Shown piece by piece: positions 19,192 to 29,785 of a stretch of DNA of 64,000 nucleotides (the first letter of the stretch is position 1; the number at the start of each line of letters is the position of its first letter). The position numbers were made by a program, and so were the translations under genes. This stretch comes from an uncultured Gammaproteobacteria bacterium (GTDB taxonomy: Bacteria; Pseudomonadota; Gammaproteobacteria; Burkholderiales; Sulfuricellaceae), in assembly GCA_963741495.1 (NCBI GenBank), contig CAVUID010000018.1:110542-174541 (forward strand), written 5' to 3'. The notes under the pieces were generated by a model that saw only the letters and a program-made list of their open reading frames with translations, was not told where the DNA came from and did not search any database.

Positions 19192-19847
19192 AATCTCGCC
19201 CCTTTATGTCCCAGCGCATCGCCGTTGTACCAGCGGGAGATGAACAGCGACACGGTGTGAAAGAGTTTGGTGAAGGGCATGAAGACCAGCAGCAGTTCCA
19301 CGCTCAGGATGTGTATGGCCAGCATCAGGGTGTAGGGCAGCAGCAGGTGGTGGACGGCCAGGTAGCCGCTCAGCAGTGGGGCCATGGTCAGCGCCCAGGA
19401 TGCGTAATCGTCGAAAGTGGAGAGGAAGCGCTTGACCGGGTGGTAGAGGCGGTAGCCCAGCATCAGCAGCAGGGCCACGATGGAAAGAAGGGTCACGCCG
19501 TCCACCAGCGTGGTCGGTAATGCGGGCCAGCCCAGGCCGACCGTCTTGCGGAACAGTTCGATGTGGGGCGCAAAAAACAGCAGGGCGATGAAAAAGCCGA
19601 TGTGGAAGGTGTAGCCCATGAGGTAGGTCGGGAAAGTCCGTTTCAGCAGGGTCCGGTCCGGCAGGGAGCGGCTGAAAATGGTTTTCCATCCGCTCCAGGC
19701 CTTGCCCGGACGCGGGGTGGAAAGGTCTTTCTTGCGCCCCAGGCTGAAGATTTCGAACAGCTTGAGCAGCATTCCGATAATGAAGACCGTCAGGGCGATT
19801 TGCAGGCCCGGACCGCGCGCCCAGAGCAGCAAGGCCATGTCGCTCAT
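19188..19847 (-). CDS. isp1: isp1 (NarI-like membrane b-type cytochrome of Isp hydrogenases)
   Basis: 219 aa from MSDMALLLWARGPGLQIAL with about 5 TM helices and conserved His residues. ATGA overlap with the hynS stop. The upstream part of the 428-aa track ORF is out-of-frame overlap with hynS. Confidence 0.8.
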   Translation of the reverse strand: MSDMALLLWARGPGLQIALTVFIIGMLLKLFEIFSLGRKKDLSTPRPGKAWSGWKTIFSRSLPDRTLLKRTFPTYLMGYTFHIGFFIALLFFAPHIELFRKTVGLGWPALPTTLVDGVTLLSIVALLLMLGYRLYHPVKRFLSTFDDYASWALTMAPLLSGYLAVHHLLLPYTLMLAIHILSVELLLVFMPFTKLFHTVSLFISRWYNGDALGHKGARL

Positions 19848-20950
19848 TTCGCTTCTCCGGAGGGTTTCTCCAGGTCGTCGATGGTCACGGTCTGGTGGGC
19901 GGTTTTGGCGGCTGCCTTGGTGTGGCGGTTGTGCATGGCGATGGCGGCTCCGCCCACGATGCCCGCTGCGGCGGCAACAGCGGCGGCGCGTCCCACGGGC
20001 GTGATCGGCGTGGAAAGGGCCTGGTAAAAGCTGCCTGCATCCCAGAAATCGGGTTCGGAACAGCCGAGACAGCCATGACCGGATTCGATCGGGAAGCTCG
20101 TGCCCTGGTTCCACTTGGTGGTGGCGCAGGCGTTGAAGGTGGTCGGCCCCTTGCAGCCCAGCTCGAACAGGCACCAGCCGTTGCGCGCGCCCTCGTCGTC
20201 GAAGGTTTTGGCGAACTTGCCCTGATCGTAGAAAGGGCGCCGGTAGCAGCGGTCGTGAATGGATTCGCCGTAGAAGGATTTGGGCCGCCCCAGGTCGTCC
20301 AGTTCGGGGATCGTGCCGAAAGTCAGGTAATGGACCAGCACGCCGGTGATTACCACCGGGATGGGCGGGCAGCCGGAAACATTGATGATCGGCTTGTCCT
20401 TGATGATGTCCGATACCGCCACTGCGCCGGTGGGGTTGGGGCTGGCATGGGGCAGGCCGCCGAAGGCCGCGCAAGTGCCGACTGCCACGATTGCCGCAGC
20501 GCCTTTGGCGGCTTCGTGCAGCATGTCGAGATTGCTGATGCCGGCGATGGTGGAATACACGCCGCCGTCTTTGGTGGGGATCGAGCCATCCACCACCAGC
20601 AGGTATTTGCCGAAGAACTGCTTCATCACGGCTTCGCGCGCGGCTTCCGCCGCTTCACCCGAGGCGGCTTGCAGGGTGTGGTGATAGTCCAGCGAAATGG
20701 CGTTGAGGATCAGGCTTTCCAGGGTAGGGGAGTGGGAGCGGGTCAGGGATTCGGTGCAGCCGGTGCATTCCTGGAACGAGAGCCAGATCACCGAGGGGCG
20801 CTGCGCTTTTTCCAGCGCGGCGGCAATGGCGGGAACCATGCTGCTGGGCAGGGCCATGAGCGAGGCCATGGCACCGCAGAATTTGAGGAAGCCGCGGCGG
20901 GAGATGCCCTGTTCGCGCAACAATTCGCCCAATGAATGCTCGTCAGCCAT
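19844..20950 (-). CDS. hynS: [NiFe] hydrogenase small subunit with Tat signal
   Basis: Twin-arginine signal SRRGFLKFCG, then the FQECTGCTES proximal cluster motif and GCPP. Confidence 0.95.
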   Translation of the reverse strand: MADEHSLGELLREQGISRRGFLKFCGAMASLMALPSSMVPAIAAALEKAQRPSVIWLSFQECTGCTESLTRSHSPTLESLILNAISLDYHHTLQAASGEAAEAAREAVMKQFFGKYLLVVDGSIPTKDGGVYSTIAGISNLDMLHEAAKGAAAIVAVGTCAAFGGLPHASPNPTGAVAVSDIIKDKPIINVSGCPPIPVVITGVLVHYLTFGTIPELDDLGRPKSFYGESIHDRCYRRPFYDQGKFAKTFDDEGARNGWCLFELGCKGPTTFNACATTKWNQGTSFPIESGHGCLGCSEPDFWDAGSFYQALSTPITPVGRAAAVAAAAGIVGGAAIAMHNRHTKAAAKTAHQTVTIDDLEKPSGEAK

Positions 20951-21323
20951 CGTGCTCTCCTTTCTTTGCCGCTCTCAAGCGCTCACGCAAGACCTGTGCG
21001 GCTTCCGTCACATCCTCCGCCGGGGTCTGCAGAATCGCCGGGCAGCGCGTGACCTCGATCGACTCGTCCACCACTTCCTGCTCACCATTGCGATGCGTGA
21101 CCCACCATACGCCATGCAGCGCGGTTTCGCGAATCTGCGTCGGTCCCAGTGCCTGGAGTTCGGCGCTGATTTCGCCCTCGCCCAGCGCTTCCTGCAGGGC
21201 TTCGTAGTCGCCGGGCTGGAGCGGGAGCCCATGGAGCTGCACGTTGCCGCCCTCGCCGGTTCGCGCCAGCCTGTCCAGCAGTGTCGCGATCTCATGCAGC
21301 AGAGGTGGGGCGTTGGCGCTCAT
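20943..21323 (-). CDS. HupH/HyaF C-terminal-domain-like hydrogenase expression protein
   Basis: 126 aa. The motif ...HGVWWVTHRNGEQEVVDESIEVTRCPAIL resembles the HupH_C conserved region. Position is between the maturation protease and hynS. Family assignment is from memory only. Confidence 0.5.
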   Translation of the reverse strand: MSANAPPLLHEIATLLDRLARTGEGGNVQLHGLPLQPGDYEALQEALGEGEISAELQALGPTQIRETALHGVWWVTHRNGEQEVVDESIEVTRCPAILQTPAEDVTEAAQVLRERLRAAKKGEHDG

Positions 21324-21778
21324 CCCCGCCAGTTCCGTATGAGCTCGCCGGCTTTCGCACAGGCCAGCGGCAGTGCGGCACTTACCGCTGCCGAGGGCGT
21401 TTCGCCCCAGTCGACAATTTCAGGCTGGATGCCGACCAGCGCCCGCTGTGCCGGCAGGCTGTCGGTCAGACAGGCAACGGCCAGCAGGTCCAGCAGACCA
21501 ACTTCATGCACGCTGCGCTTGCGGTTATTGCCAAGGAAATGATCCATCTCGGCATCGCAAAATACGCCGACTGTGCCGGGTTCAGCTCCCAGCTCGGCAG
21601 CGTCGATGACCAGCAGGCACGCCGCTTCGCCAATCGGCCCAGCCAGGCTGAAACTTAAAGTACCGCCATCCACGAATTCGACGCCATCGTAGCCGGAAAA
21701 CTCATTTTGCAGTTGGCGCATGGCATGAATCCCAGCGCCCTCGTCCTGCAGCAGGGTATTGCCGATGCCGAGCACCAT
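21320..21778 (-). CDS. hydrogenase maturation endopeptidase (HyaD/HupD/HybD family)
   Basis: VLGIGNTLLQDEGAG...DGGT...IDA...HEVGL motifs. The N-terminus is uncertain: only one residue precedes VLGIGN, there is no Shine-Dalgarno, and an out-of-frame ATG lies 30 nt upstream. Confidence 0.8.
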   Translation of the reverse strand: MVLGIGNTLLQDEGAGIHAMRQLQNEFSGYDGVEFVDGGTLSFSLAGPIGEAACLLVIDAAELGAEPGTVGVFCDAEMDHFLGNNRKRSVHEVGLLDLLAVACLTDSLPAQRALVGIQPEIVDWGETPSAAVSAALPLACAKAGELIRNWRG

Positions 21779-21941
21779 GATGCAGCGGGAGGTGTTGAGC
21801 GGTCATGATTCACCAGAACCGGAGCGGACTGGCATGGGGCAGATGCAGCAAGTTGGCATGGAATATCTCCTTGCGCGGCGAGTGGTTCCAAACTAGCACC
21901 AGCGTCGTGAAAGATCAATGGGTTCGATCAATCGGGCTTGG

Positions 21942-21983
21942 CAGAAACAAAACGGGGCCAGCGTAGAAATACGCTGGCCCCGT
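21942..21983 (-). terminator. rho-independent terminator after psiF
   Basis: On the minus strand: aacggggccagcgta-tttc-tacgctggccccgtt followed by TTTGTTTCT. A second hairpin (cgggcagg/cctgcccg) lies at 21998-22019. Confidence 0.65.
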
Positions 21984-22024
21984 TCCGGACAAAATGCGCG
22001 GGCAGGTTAGTCCTGCCCGAAAGG

Positions 22025-22447
22025 TCAGTTCTTCAAACAATCGCTCATAAATTTTTTGCGCTCGTCACCCTTGAGCGCTTTGTCGCCGGCTTCCTTGTTG
22101 CATAGTTTCATCTTGTTCTGCTGGGGTGTCTTTGCGCTGGCTGCTTCCGGCTCCTTGCCACTCAGGCAGCCGCTCATGAATTTTTTGCGCTCATCGCCCT
22201 TGAGTGCCTTGTCGCCAGCATCCTTGTTGCACTGCGCCATGCGGTTCTGCTGCGGCGTCTTGTCGCTGGGGGCTTCAGATGCCTTGCCGCTCAGGCAGTC
22301 ACTCATGAAGGCTTTTCGCTCATCCCCCTTGAGATCCTGGGTTTTTGCAGTCGCGTTGCATTCTTTCATTCGTTCCTGCTGTGGACCGGCATAAGCCAGA
22401 GTGCTGGACAAGGCCAGTGCGATGGCGGCAATAATCAGTTTTTTCAT
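22025..22447 (-). CDS. psiF: PsiF-repeat (phosphate-starvation-inducible) protein
   Basis: Signal peptide plus three copies of Q(Q)xRMxxCNxxAxxxxLKGDERKxFMSxCL. Confidence 0.8.
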   Translation of the reverse strand: MKKLIIAAIALALSSTLAYAGPQQERMKECNATAKTQDLKGDERKAFMSDCLSGKASEAPSDKTPQQNRMAQCNKDAGDKALKGDERKKFMSGCLSGKEPEAASAKTPQQNKMKLCNKEAGDKALKGDERKKFMSDCLKN

Positions 22448-22502
22448 GTGGTTCTCCCGCGGTATCCGTTAAATGAGGAAGTGCAATCCTAATCCAAACA
22501 GC

Positions 22503-23594
22503 TTAAACGTTAAACAGGAAATTCATGACATCGCCATCATGCACCACGTATTCCTTGCCTTCCGAGCGCATCTTGCCGGCTTCCTTGGCGCCCTGCTCAC
22601 CTTTGCAGGCAACAAAGTCCTCGAAGGAGATAGTCTGGGCGCGGATGAAGCCGCGTTCGAAGTCGGTGTGGATCACGCCGGCCGCCTGTGGGCCGGTGTC
22701 GCCGATATGGATGGTCCAGGCGCGCACTTCCTTGACGCCGGCAGTGAAGTAGGTCTGCAGGCCGAGCAGCTTGTAGGCGGCGCGAATGACGCGGTTGAGG
22801 CCGGGTTCTTCGAGGCCCATGTCGGCGAGAAATTCCTTCTTGTCGGCCTCTTCAAGGTCGGCGATCTCGCCCTCGATGGCGGCGCAGATCGCTACCACCG
22901 GCGAGCCTTCGCGTGCGGCCAGTTCGGTCACACGATCAAGGTGCGGGTTGTTGCTGAAGCCGCCCTCGTCCACGTTGGCGATGTACATAGTAGGCTTCAT
23001 GGTCATCAGGCACAGCGGCTTGAGCAGGGCTGCATCATCCTTGTCCAGATTAAGGCTGCGGGCAGGTTGTCCCTGGTCCAGCGTGGCGCGAACTTTCTCC
23101 AGCAGCGCCATCACTCGAACAGCTTCCTTGTCGCCGGACTTGGCCAGCTTGTTGTTGCGCAGGATGGCTTTCTCGACGGTCTCCATATCGGCCAGCGCGA
23201 GTTCAGTGTTGATCACTTCGATATCTGAAACCGGGTCGACCTTGCCGGATACATGCACCACGTCCACGTTCTCGAAGCAGCGCACCACATGAGCGATTGC
23301 ATCGGTCTCGCGGATGTTGGCCAGGAATTTGTTGCCCAGCCCTTCGCCTTTGCTCGCCCCGGCAACCAGGCCGGCGATATCGACGAATTCCATAATCGCG
23401 TGCTGAACTTTCTGCGGCTTGACGATTTCCACCAGTTTTTCCACCCGTGGGTCCGGGATTTCCACAATGCCGATATTCGGTTCGATGGTGCAGAAGGGAT
23501 AGTTTTCCGCCGCGATGCCGGCACTGGTGATGGCGTTGAACAGGGTGGACTTGCCGACATTGGGCAGGCCGACGATACCGCACTTGAGACTCAT
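22503..23594 (-). CDS. ychF: redox-regulated ATPase YchF
   Basis: [21 protein letters not shown]...NVDE...[20 protein letters not shown]. 363 aa. Confidence 0.95.
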   Translation of the reverse strand: MSLKCGIVGLPNVGKSTLFNAITSAGIAAENYPFCTIEPNIGIVEIPDPRVEKLVEIVKPQKVQHAIMEFVDIAGLVAGASKGEGLGNKFLANIRETDAIAHVVRCFENVDVVHVSGKVDPVSDIEVINTELALADMETVEKAILRNNKLAKSGDKEAVRVMALLEKVRATLDQGQPARSLNLDKDDAALLKPLCLMTMKPTMYIANVDEGGFSNNPHLDRVTELAAREGSPVVAICAAIEGEIADLEEADKKEFLADMGLEEPGLNRVIRAAYKLLGLQTYFTAGVKEVRAWTIHIGDTGPQAAGVIHTDFERGFIRAQTISFEDFVACKGEQGAKEAGKMRSEGKEYVVHDGDVMNFLFNV

Positions 23595-23719
23595 GAAAAT
23601 CCTTTAAATATCAATATCCAGCGAATCCTGGGTGGATGTCGTGGAAATTCCGGCCTATTTACGGGAGCGTGGACCGGGCCGTCATTATAGCGCTCCCGGT
23701 AATTTGCTCCAAAGGCCTC

Positions 23720-23944
23720 TTAAAGTTTTCTGACCTCACCCCAGTCGAAGCTGGGGTTTTCTTCGGTATTGGGTTCTGGTGGGCGATTCGCGGCCATGAG
23801 GCGTTTGAACTCGGCGATGGAAATTTCCTCTACTTCCGGCATTCTGCGTTCCGCATTGCGTCGGCGCTCTTTCCATCCCGTGGGTGGCCCCTTGTCATTG
23901 TTGCGGCGGTCCTGATTTGATCTTGGTTTGTATTTGTCAGACAT
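23720..23944 (-). CDS. small basic hypothetical protein (74 aa)
   Basis: MSDKYKPRSNQDRRNNDKGPPTGWKERRRNAERRMPEVEE.... I recognise no family. An overlapping plus-strand ORF (23636..23920) is the alternative reading. Confidence 0.3.
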   Translation of the reverse strand: MSDKYKPRSNQDRRNNDKGPPTGWKERRRNAERRMPEVEEISIAEFKRLMAANRPPEPNTEENPSFDWGEVRKL

Positions 23945-24180
23945 GAGTATGTTTCTTGTTCTTGCTTGTATTTGTGTGTAATTATCTGTTATAACGGAAG
24001 AATAATCTGAATCGTTGGCGTGTGGCAATTGCTTGAGGATTTGATGTGATGGTGAGAGGGGAAGCAAAATGGCTTTACCGCTCTTTGAAGATATGATTGC
24101 TGTACTACGCCAGGCAGGATTTTGCATGTTGGTTCAGTTTGTTATCTGAGGGCTGCTACAGCCTCCTGAATATAGGCTCG

Positions 24181-24214
24181 AAAATAAAAAACCCGGCAAA
24201 AGCCGGGTTTTTTG
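24181..24214 (-). terminator. bidirectional hairpin terminator downstream of the pilin gene
   Basis: acccggc-aaaa-gccgggt flanked by an A-run and a T-run. Confidence 0.7.
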
Positions 24215-24257
24215 GGTGACATCGAGGTGCTGCAGTGAATACCCCGATAGCCTCAAT

Positions 24258-24660
24258 TTAGGTACGGCATTCTGCAGGAACGTATTTTGCGTCACTGGGG
24301 TTGTTGCAATCCCATTCTACACCGCCGGTAGTTGCATTGACCGTGGGCACAAGATCAAAAGTGACTGTCACTCCGTTGATGCCGGTGTTGACAGAAGCGT
24401 CAATGGTGCCAGCGGTGCAGCCGATCGTGGTCAAGCCTGTGGTGCCTGTGCTGCACGCCGGAACAGTTGTCTGTGGCGCCATTGGCGAGATTCTCGGATA
24501 CAGTGGCTTTGGCGGAGCTTGCAAGGCCAATGCCTTCAGTGACCTTTGCGCGGATCGTGTAATCCGTATAAGCGGGCAGTGCGACTGCAGCCAGAATGCC
24601 GATAATGGCAATCACGATCATCAGTTCGATCAGGGTAAAACCTTGTTGTACTTTTTTCAT
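24258..24660 (-). pseudogene. type IVa major pilin gene with one frameshift
   Basis: Frame of ORF 24400..24660: class III leader [31 protein letters not shown]...SENLANGA. Frame of ORF 24258..24611: pilin C-terminus [12 protein letters not shown]...VEWDCNNPSDAKYVPAECRT with Cys pairs. The junction is near 24465-24480. Confidence 0.75.
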
Positions 24661-24725
24661 GTGAGTTCTCCTCAGTTTCGGTTTGGGTGACTTGAAAACA
24701 CGGATTAGGTGTTTGGGATGTATTG

Positions 24726-24741
24726 AGCACGGTCCGTGCCA
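24726..24741 (-). promoter_or_regulatory. sigma-54 (-24/-12) promoter candidate for the pilin gene
   Basis: The minus strand reads TGGCAC-GGACC-GTGCT with correct GG-N10-GC spacing, 66 nt upstream of the pilin ATG. Confidence 0.5.
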
Positions 24742-25015
24742 GCTGTGATCAGTTAAGTCATTCTGGCACGGAATTGTTTGTGTTAACTCATTGAAAAAAC
24801 AAATATAAAAAATATGCTATTGGTTTTTGGTCGATGTGCTCATGCCATGGGAATTGTAAGTAAGACATGCTATCCAGTGAGCATGAGTCGAAAATGTATG
24901 TTGTGTAATGTCAGGATGTGACGTTTTGCGTCACATGGGCGGGCGCGGGGAAGTGGGTAGACTCGATCACCGCCGGGCATCTTTGTTGCCAGGTTTTACA
25001 GCAGAAATTAGGTTT

Positions 25016-25705
25016 TTACTTGCCGGTCAAGGCGGCGAGGTTGAAAATCTGTGGAATGCGTTGCAGCCAGGAATCATCCATTTGGAGCTTCTTCAGGCAT
25101 GCGGCAAGGTGTCCGGGGTGGGCCATCATCGCGATGGCATTGTTAAAGGCTTTCCCCGCACTTTCGCCGTAGGCATTTCTGACCTTTTTCCATGCACTTT
25201 CAGGAATGGGGCCCCAGTTCTGGATCATGAGTGCCAAGTCGATAATGTCCCGGCTGGCGGTCGAGATGTCTGTATATCGATCGGTATTCGCCAGCAATTT
25301 CTCCGCGTACATGTCCGTCCGGCATAACACCGGGATGCCCCAGAGCGAATTCATTTCTCCTGATAAAGGGATGCGGTCTTCACGAATGATTTCAAATTTT
25401 ATGGGTGTATTGTCAATTTCAACAAAGGTGCGAATGCCGTAACGGTCTGCCTTTAAATCACGGAGTTGTTTTGGCGCCTCCGTAAAGAAACCGGCCAGGC
25501 CCCGGTCATAGGCAATGTTTCTCAGGACGCGGTAACCCTCTGCTGATGCGCAGATCAGGTCAACATCAACAGACTCCCGATATTCATCGAGCAAAAGCAC
25601 AATGGCCGTGCCGCCGCCAAAGTAGCACTCTGTTTGCTCAAGTAATGTGCCGTCGAGGGCCTGCATAAGCTTGAAAACACGCTGGTGATGCGCTCGCTTA
25701 CACAT
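25016..25705 (-). CDS. AbiEii/AbiGii-family nucleotidyltransferase (type IV TA toxin, DUF1814)
   Basis: 229 aa: ...CYFGGGTAIVLLLDEYRESVDVDLIC... The fold-type motif GG(T/S)A...R.S.D(I/V)D is typical of this family. Confidence 0.75.
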   Translation of the reverse strand: MCKRAHHQRVFKLMQALDGTLLEQTECYFGGGTAIVLLLDEYRESVDVDLICASAEGYRVLRNIAYDRGLAGFFTEAPKQLRDLKADRYGIRTFVEIDNTPIKFEIIREDRIPLSGEMNSLWGIPVLCRTDMYAEKLLANTDRYTDISTASRDIIDLALMIQNWGPIPESAWKKVRNAYGESAGKAFNNAIAMMAHPGHLAACLKKLQMDDSWLQRIPQIFNLAALTGK

Positions 25706-25898
25706 TCAGGACGCCATGCCCATATTGCCGAATGAGGCGCTGCAGAAGTTGGCGCTCGGGCTCATCCATTTGTTCGGGGGCCACGAAGCGCCAGTTCGCT
25801 TCATAAAGTGCAAGCGCCTCTTGTTCTTCGACAAGATCATCCTCGCGGCGATTCCACGCGATAAGGTGCAGTTGAGGATAGTCGGCCAAGGCAATCAT
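25698..25898 (-). CDS. 66-aa partner protein of the AbiEii-like gene (putative antitoxin-like, unusually short)
   Basis: Overlaps the toxin start by 8 nt. Sequence: ...LIAWNRREDDLVEEQEALALYEANWRFV.... I see no winged-helix AbiEi domain. Confidence 0.45.
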   Translation of the reverse strand: MIALADYPQLHLIAWNRREDDLVEEQEALALYEANWRFVAPEQMDEPERQLLQRLIRQYGHGVLNV

Positions 25899-26001
25899 GG
25901 GCTAAATGTAAGGCGGTTTCCTTAAGGCGTCAATCGTGCGCCGCAAAGAGTACCCTCTTCCTGCCTTCCCATGTCGCCCGCAAGACCGCAGGGGGCTTCA
26001 C

Positions 26002-26044
26002 CGTAGTTGTATTCCACTGAAGCGGAACAACGCACGCGAAGGAG
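26002..26044 (+). repeat. 43-nt conserved motif, copy B (flank of the AbiEii locus)
   Basis: cgtagttgtattccactgaagcggaacaacgcacgcgaaggag. It matches the reverse complement of 15848-15890 at 36/43 positions. Confidence 0.8.
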
Positions 26045-26119
26045 TGTCCCCGCCGAGAGTGGCAGCAAGCTGCTCACTCTGGCGAGACAGGGGAGGGGTC
26101 ACCCCCCTCGCCATGAGCG

Positions 26120-27250
26120 TTACGGGCCGAAAAACGCCTTGACCTTGTCCATCCACGATTTGGCGCGCGGATTGTGGCGGTCGCCGTCGGCCAGGTTGAG
26201 ATCTTCCAGTTCGCGCAGCAATTCCTTCTGCCGTTCGGTCAGGCTGACTGGCGTTTCCACGATGACATGGCACATCAGGTCGCCGTGGTGCTGGCTGCGC
26301 ACGCCCTTGATGCCCTTGCCGCGCAGGCGGAAGACCTTGCCGCTCTGGGTTTCGGCGGGGATCTTGATCTTGGCGTGGCCGTCCAGGGTGGGGATGTCGA
26401 TTTCTCCGCCCAGCGCGGCAACGGTGAAGCTGATCGGCATTTCGCAGTGCAGGTCGTCGTGGTCGCGCTGGAACACGCCATGCGCCTTGATCTGGATGAC
26501 GACGTAGAGGTCGCCTGGTGGGCCGCCGTTGACGCCGTCCTCGCCTTCGCCGGAGAGGCGGATGCGGTCGCCTTCGTCCACGCCGGATGGAATCTTGACC
26601 ACCAGCGTCTTGTGCTGCTTGACGCGCCCGGAGCCCTGGCAGGTGCCGCAGGGGCTTTGCACCATCTTGCCGCTGCCGTGGCAGCGCGGGCAGGTTTGCT
26701 GGATGGAGAAGAAGCCCTGCTGCATCCTGACCTGGCCGTGGCCGCCGCAGGTGGTGCAGGTGGTCGGCTGGGTGCCGGGCTTGGCGCCGGTGCCATTGCA
26801 GGTGTCGCACTTTTCCATGGTGGGGATGCGGATCTTGGTTTCCGCGCCGCGTGCGGCGTCTTCCAGCGAGATTTCCAGGTTGTAGCGCAGGTCGGCGCCG
26901 CGATAGACGTTGGAACGCCCGCCGCGCCCGCCGCCACCGCCGAAGATGTCGCCGAAGATGTCGCCAAAGGCATCGGCAAATCCGCCCATGCCTGCACCGC
27001 CAGCGCCACCCATGCCGGCCTGCGGGTCCACCCCGGCATGGCCGTACTGGTCGTAAGCGCCGCGCTTGCCGCTGTCCGAGAGTATCTCGTAGGCTTCCTT
27101 GGCTTCCTTGAAGTGTTCTTCCGCCTTGGGATTGTCCGGATTGCGGTCCGGATGGTATTTCATCGCCAGCTTGCGGTAGGCTTTCTTGATCTCATCATCC
27201 GAGGCGTCGCGGTTGACGCCGAGGATTTCGTAATAGTCGCGTTTGCTCAT
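26120..27250 (-). CDS. dnaJ: molecular chaperone DnaJ
   Basis: J-domain [10 protein letters not shown]...HPDRN, a G/F region and 4x CXXCXGXG zinc-finger repeats. Confidence 0.97.
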   Translation of the reverse strand: MSKRDYYEILGVNRDASDDEIKKAYRKLAMKYHPDRNPDNPKAEEHFKEAKEAYEILSDSGKRGAYDQYGHAGVDPQAGMGGAGGAGMGGFADAFGDIFGDIFGGGGGRGGRSNVYRGADLRYNLEISLEDAARGAETKIRIPTMEKCDTCNGTGAKPGTQPTTCTTCGGHGQVRMQQGFFSIQQTCPRCHGSGKMVQSPCGTCQGSGRVKQHKTLVVKIPSGVDEGDRIRLSGEGEDGVNGGPPGDLYVVIQIKAHGVFQRDHDDLHCEMPISFTVAALGGEIDIPTLDGHAKIKIPAETQSGKVFRLRGKGIKGVRSQHHGDLMCHVIVETPVSLTERQKELLRELEDLNLADGDRHNPRAKSWMDKVKAFFGP

Positions 27251-27253
27251 TTT

Positions 27254-27290
27254 GAGTGTGAAGTGTGAAGTGTGAAATGTGAAATGTGGG
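27254..27290. repeat. heptamer-array arm (GTGAARN type), dnaJ-proximal
   Basis: The plus strand reads gagt gtgaagt gtgaagt gtgaaat gtgaaat gtggg. On the transcribed strand this gives CTTCAC repeats ending 7 nt before the dnaJ ATG. Confidence 0.9.
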
Positions 27291-27293
27291 ACG

Positions 27294-27650
27294 TCATTCG
27301 CGTTCCTTTAGCGATTTCATGAGTGCGTGGGTCAGGGCTGAAACTTCATCAATCTTGAGTTGCAGAGTCGAAGTGTCCTGACAGTAGCCGATGTTTAGCG
27401 ACAGTTCCAATTGTGTGTCAAGCTCGGCAAGTGAACCGCTTGCAATCACCAAAAAACGCAGCAAATCTTTGGTGCTCTGCCTTGCTGCACCTTCTGCAAT
27501 ATTGGATGGAACTGAAACTGCAGCTCGACGCATTTGGGAGGAAAGCCCATAGATTTCCTCCCTGGGAAAAGTGGAGGTGAGACGGTAAACCATTTCGACC
27601 AGTTGCATGGCTGATTGCCAGGCACGCAGATCCTTGTGGTTCCGTCTCAC
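27294..27650 (-). CDS. four-helix-bundle protein (23S rRNA intervening-sequence protein family)
   Basis: 118 aa: [46 protein letters not shown]......[21 protein letters not shown]. The GTG start (27650) is itself the last unit of the upstream heptamer arm. Confidence 0.85.
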   Translation of the reverse strand: MRRNHKDLRAWQSAMQLVEMVYRLTSTFPREEIYGLSSQMRRAAVSVPSNIAEGAARQSTKDLLRFLVIASGSLAELDTQLELSLNIGYCQDTSTLQLKIDEVSALTHALMKSLKERE

Positions 27651-27674
27651 GCTTCACCTTTCACTTTTCACGCT

Positions 27675-27678
<4 letters not shown>
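27646..27678. repeat. heptamer-array arm, dnaK-proximal (inverted relative to 27254-27290)
   Basis: The plus strand reads ctcac gcttcac ctttcac ttttcac gctttac. The array overlaps the dnaK stop codon (27675-27677). Confidence 0.9.
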
Positions 27679-29585
<1,907 letters not shown>

Positions 29586-29640
29586 GATTATTCCTTAATT
29601 TAATCAAGCAAATTCAAAATTCGTTGTGGTGTGCTGCTGA

Positions 29641-29717
29641 GTCATTGCGAGCCACGCGAAGCAATCTCGCTTCTGTTTAAGTACAGATTGCTTCGTCGCT
29701 TCGCTCCTCGCAATGAC
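29641..29717. repeat. palindromic intergenic element (GTCATTGCGAG...GCGAAGCAATCT type), copy 2
   Basis: gtcattgcgagccacgcgaagcaatct - loop - agattgcttcgtcgcttcgctcctcgcaatgac, in the grpE-dnaK spacer. Confidence 0.85.
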
Positions 29718-29785
29718 CGTGTATCTGAAAAACCCTTGCAGCTAAAGTGGGGTTGAGTGTGCGGCTTTCAAGCGGCTCTGAAAAC

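Noticed and set aside
19848-20474. Upstream two thirds of the 428-aa ORF 19188..20474
   Set aside because: It is out-of-frame overlap with hynS and gives an Arg/Pro-rich nonsense sequence. Only the last 219 codons (isp1) are membrane-protein-like.
21779-21830. Seventh frameshift at the 5' end of the hydrogenase maturation protease (out-of-frame ATG giving MTAQHLPLHH 30 nt upstream)
   Set aside because: The in-frame ATG at 21778 gives MVLGIGN, which is short but comparable to HybD (MRILVLGVGN). There is not enough evidence to call a frameshift, so I noted it only as N-terminal uncertainty.
24771-24790. Second TGGCAC motif (TGGCACGGAATTGTTT) on the plus strand as a divergent sigma-54 promoter
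   Set aside because: The -12 element lacks the GC dinucleotide, and no credible plus-strand gene follows. The ORF 24908..25327 is antisense to the AbiEii gene.
24745-24800. GTTAAC-containing strings (gatCAGTTAAgtc, tgtGTTAACTcattgaaaaa) that might be termini of the same kind as the yefM-yoeB cassette, bounding the AbiEii islet
   Set aside because: Similarity is limited to about 8 nt around the self-palindromic GTTAAC. No matching partner exists on the dnaJ side of the islet, and GTTAAC also occurs inside ordinary genes in the window.
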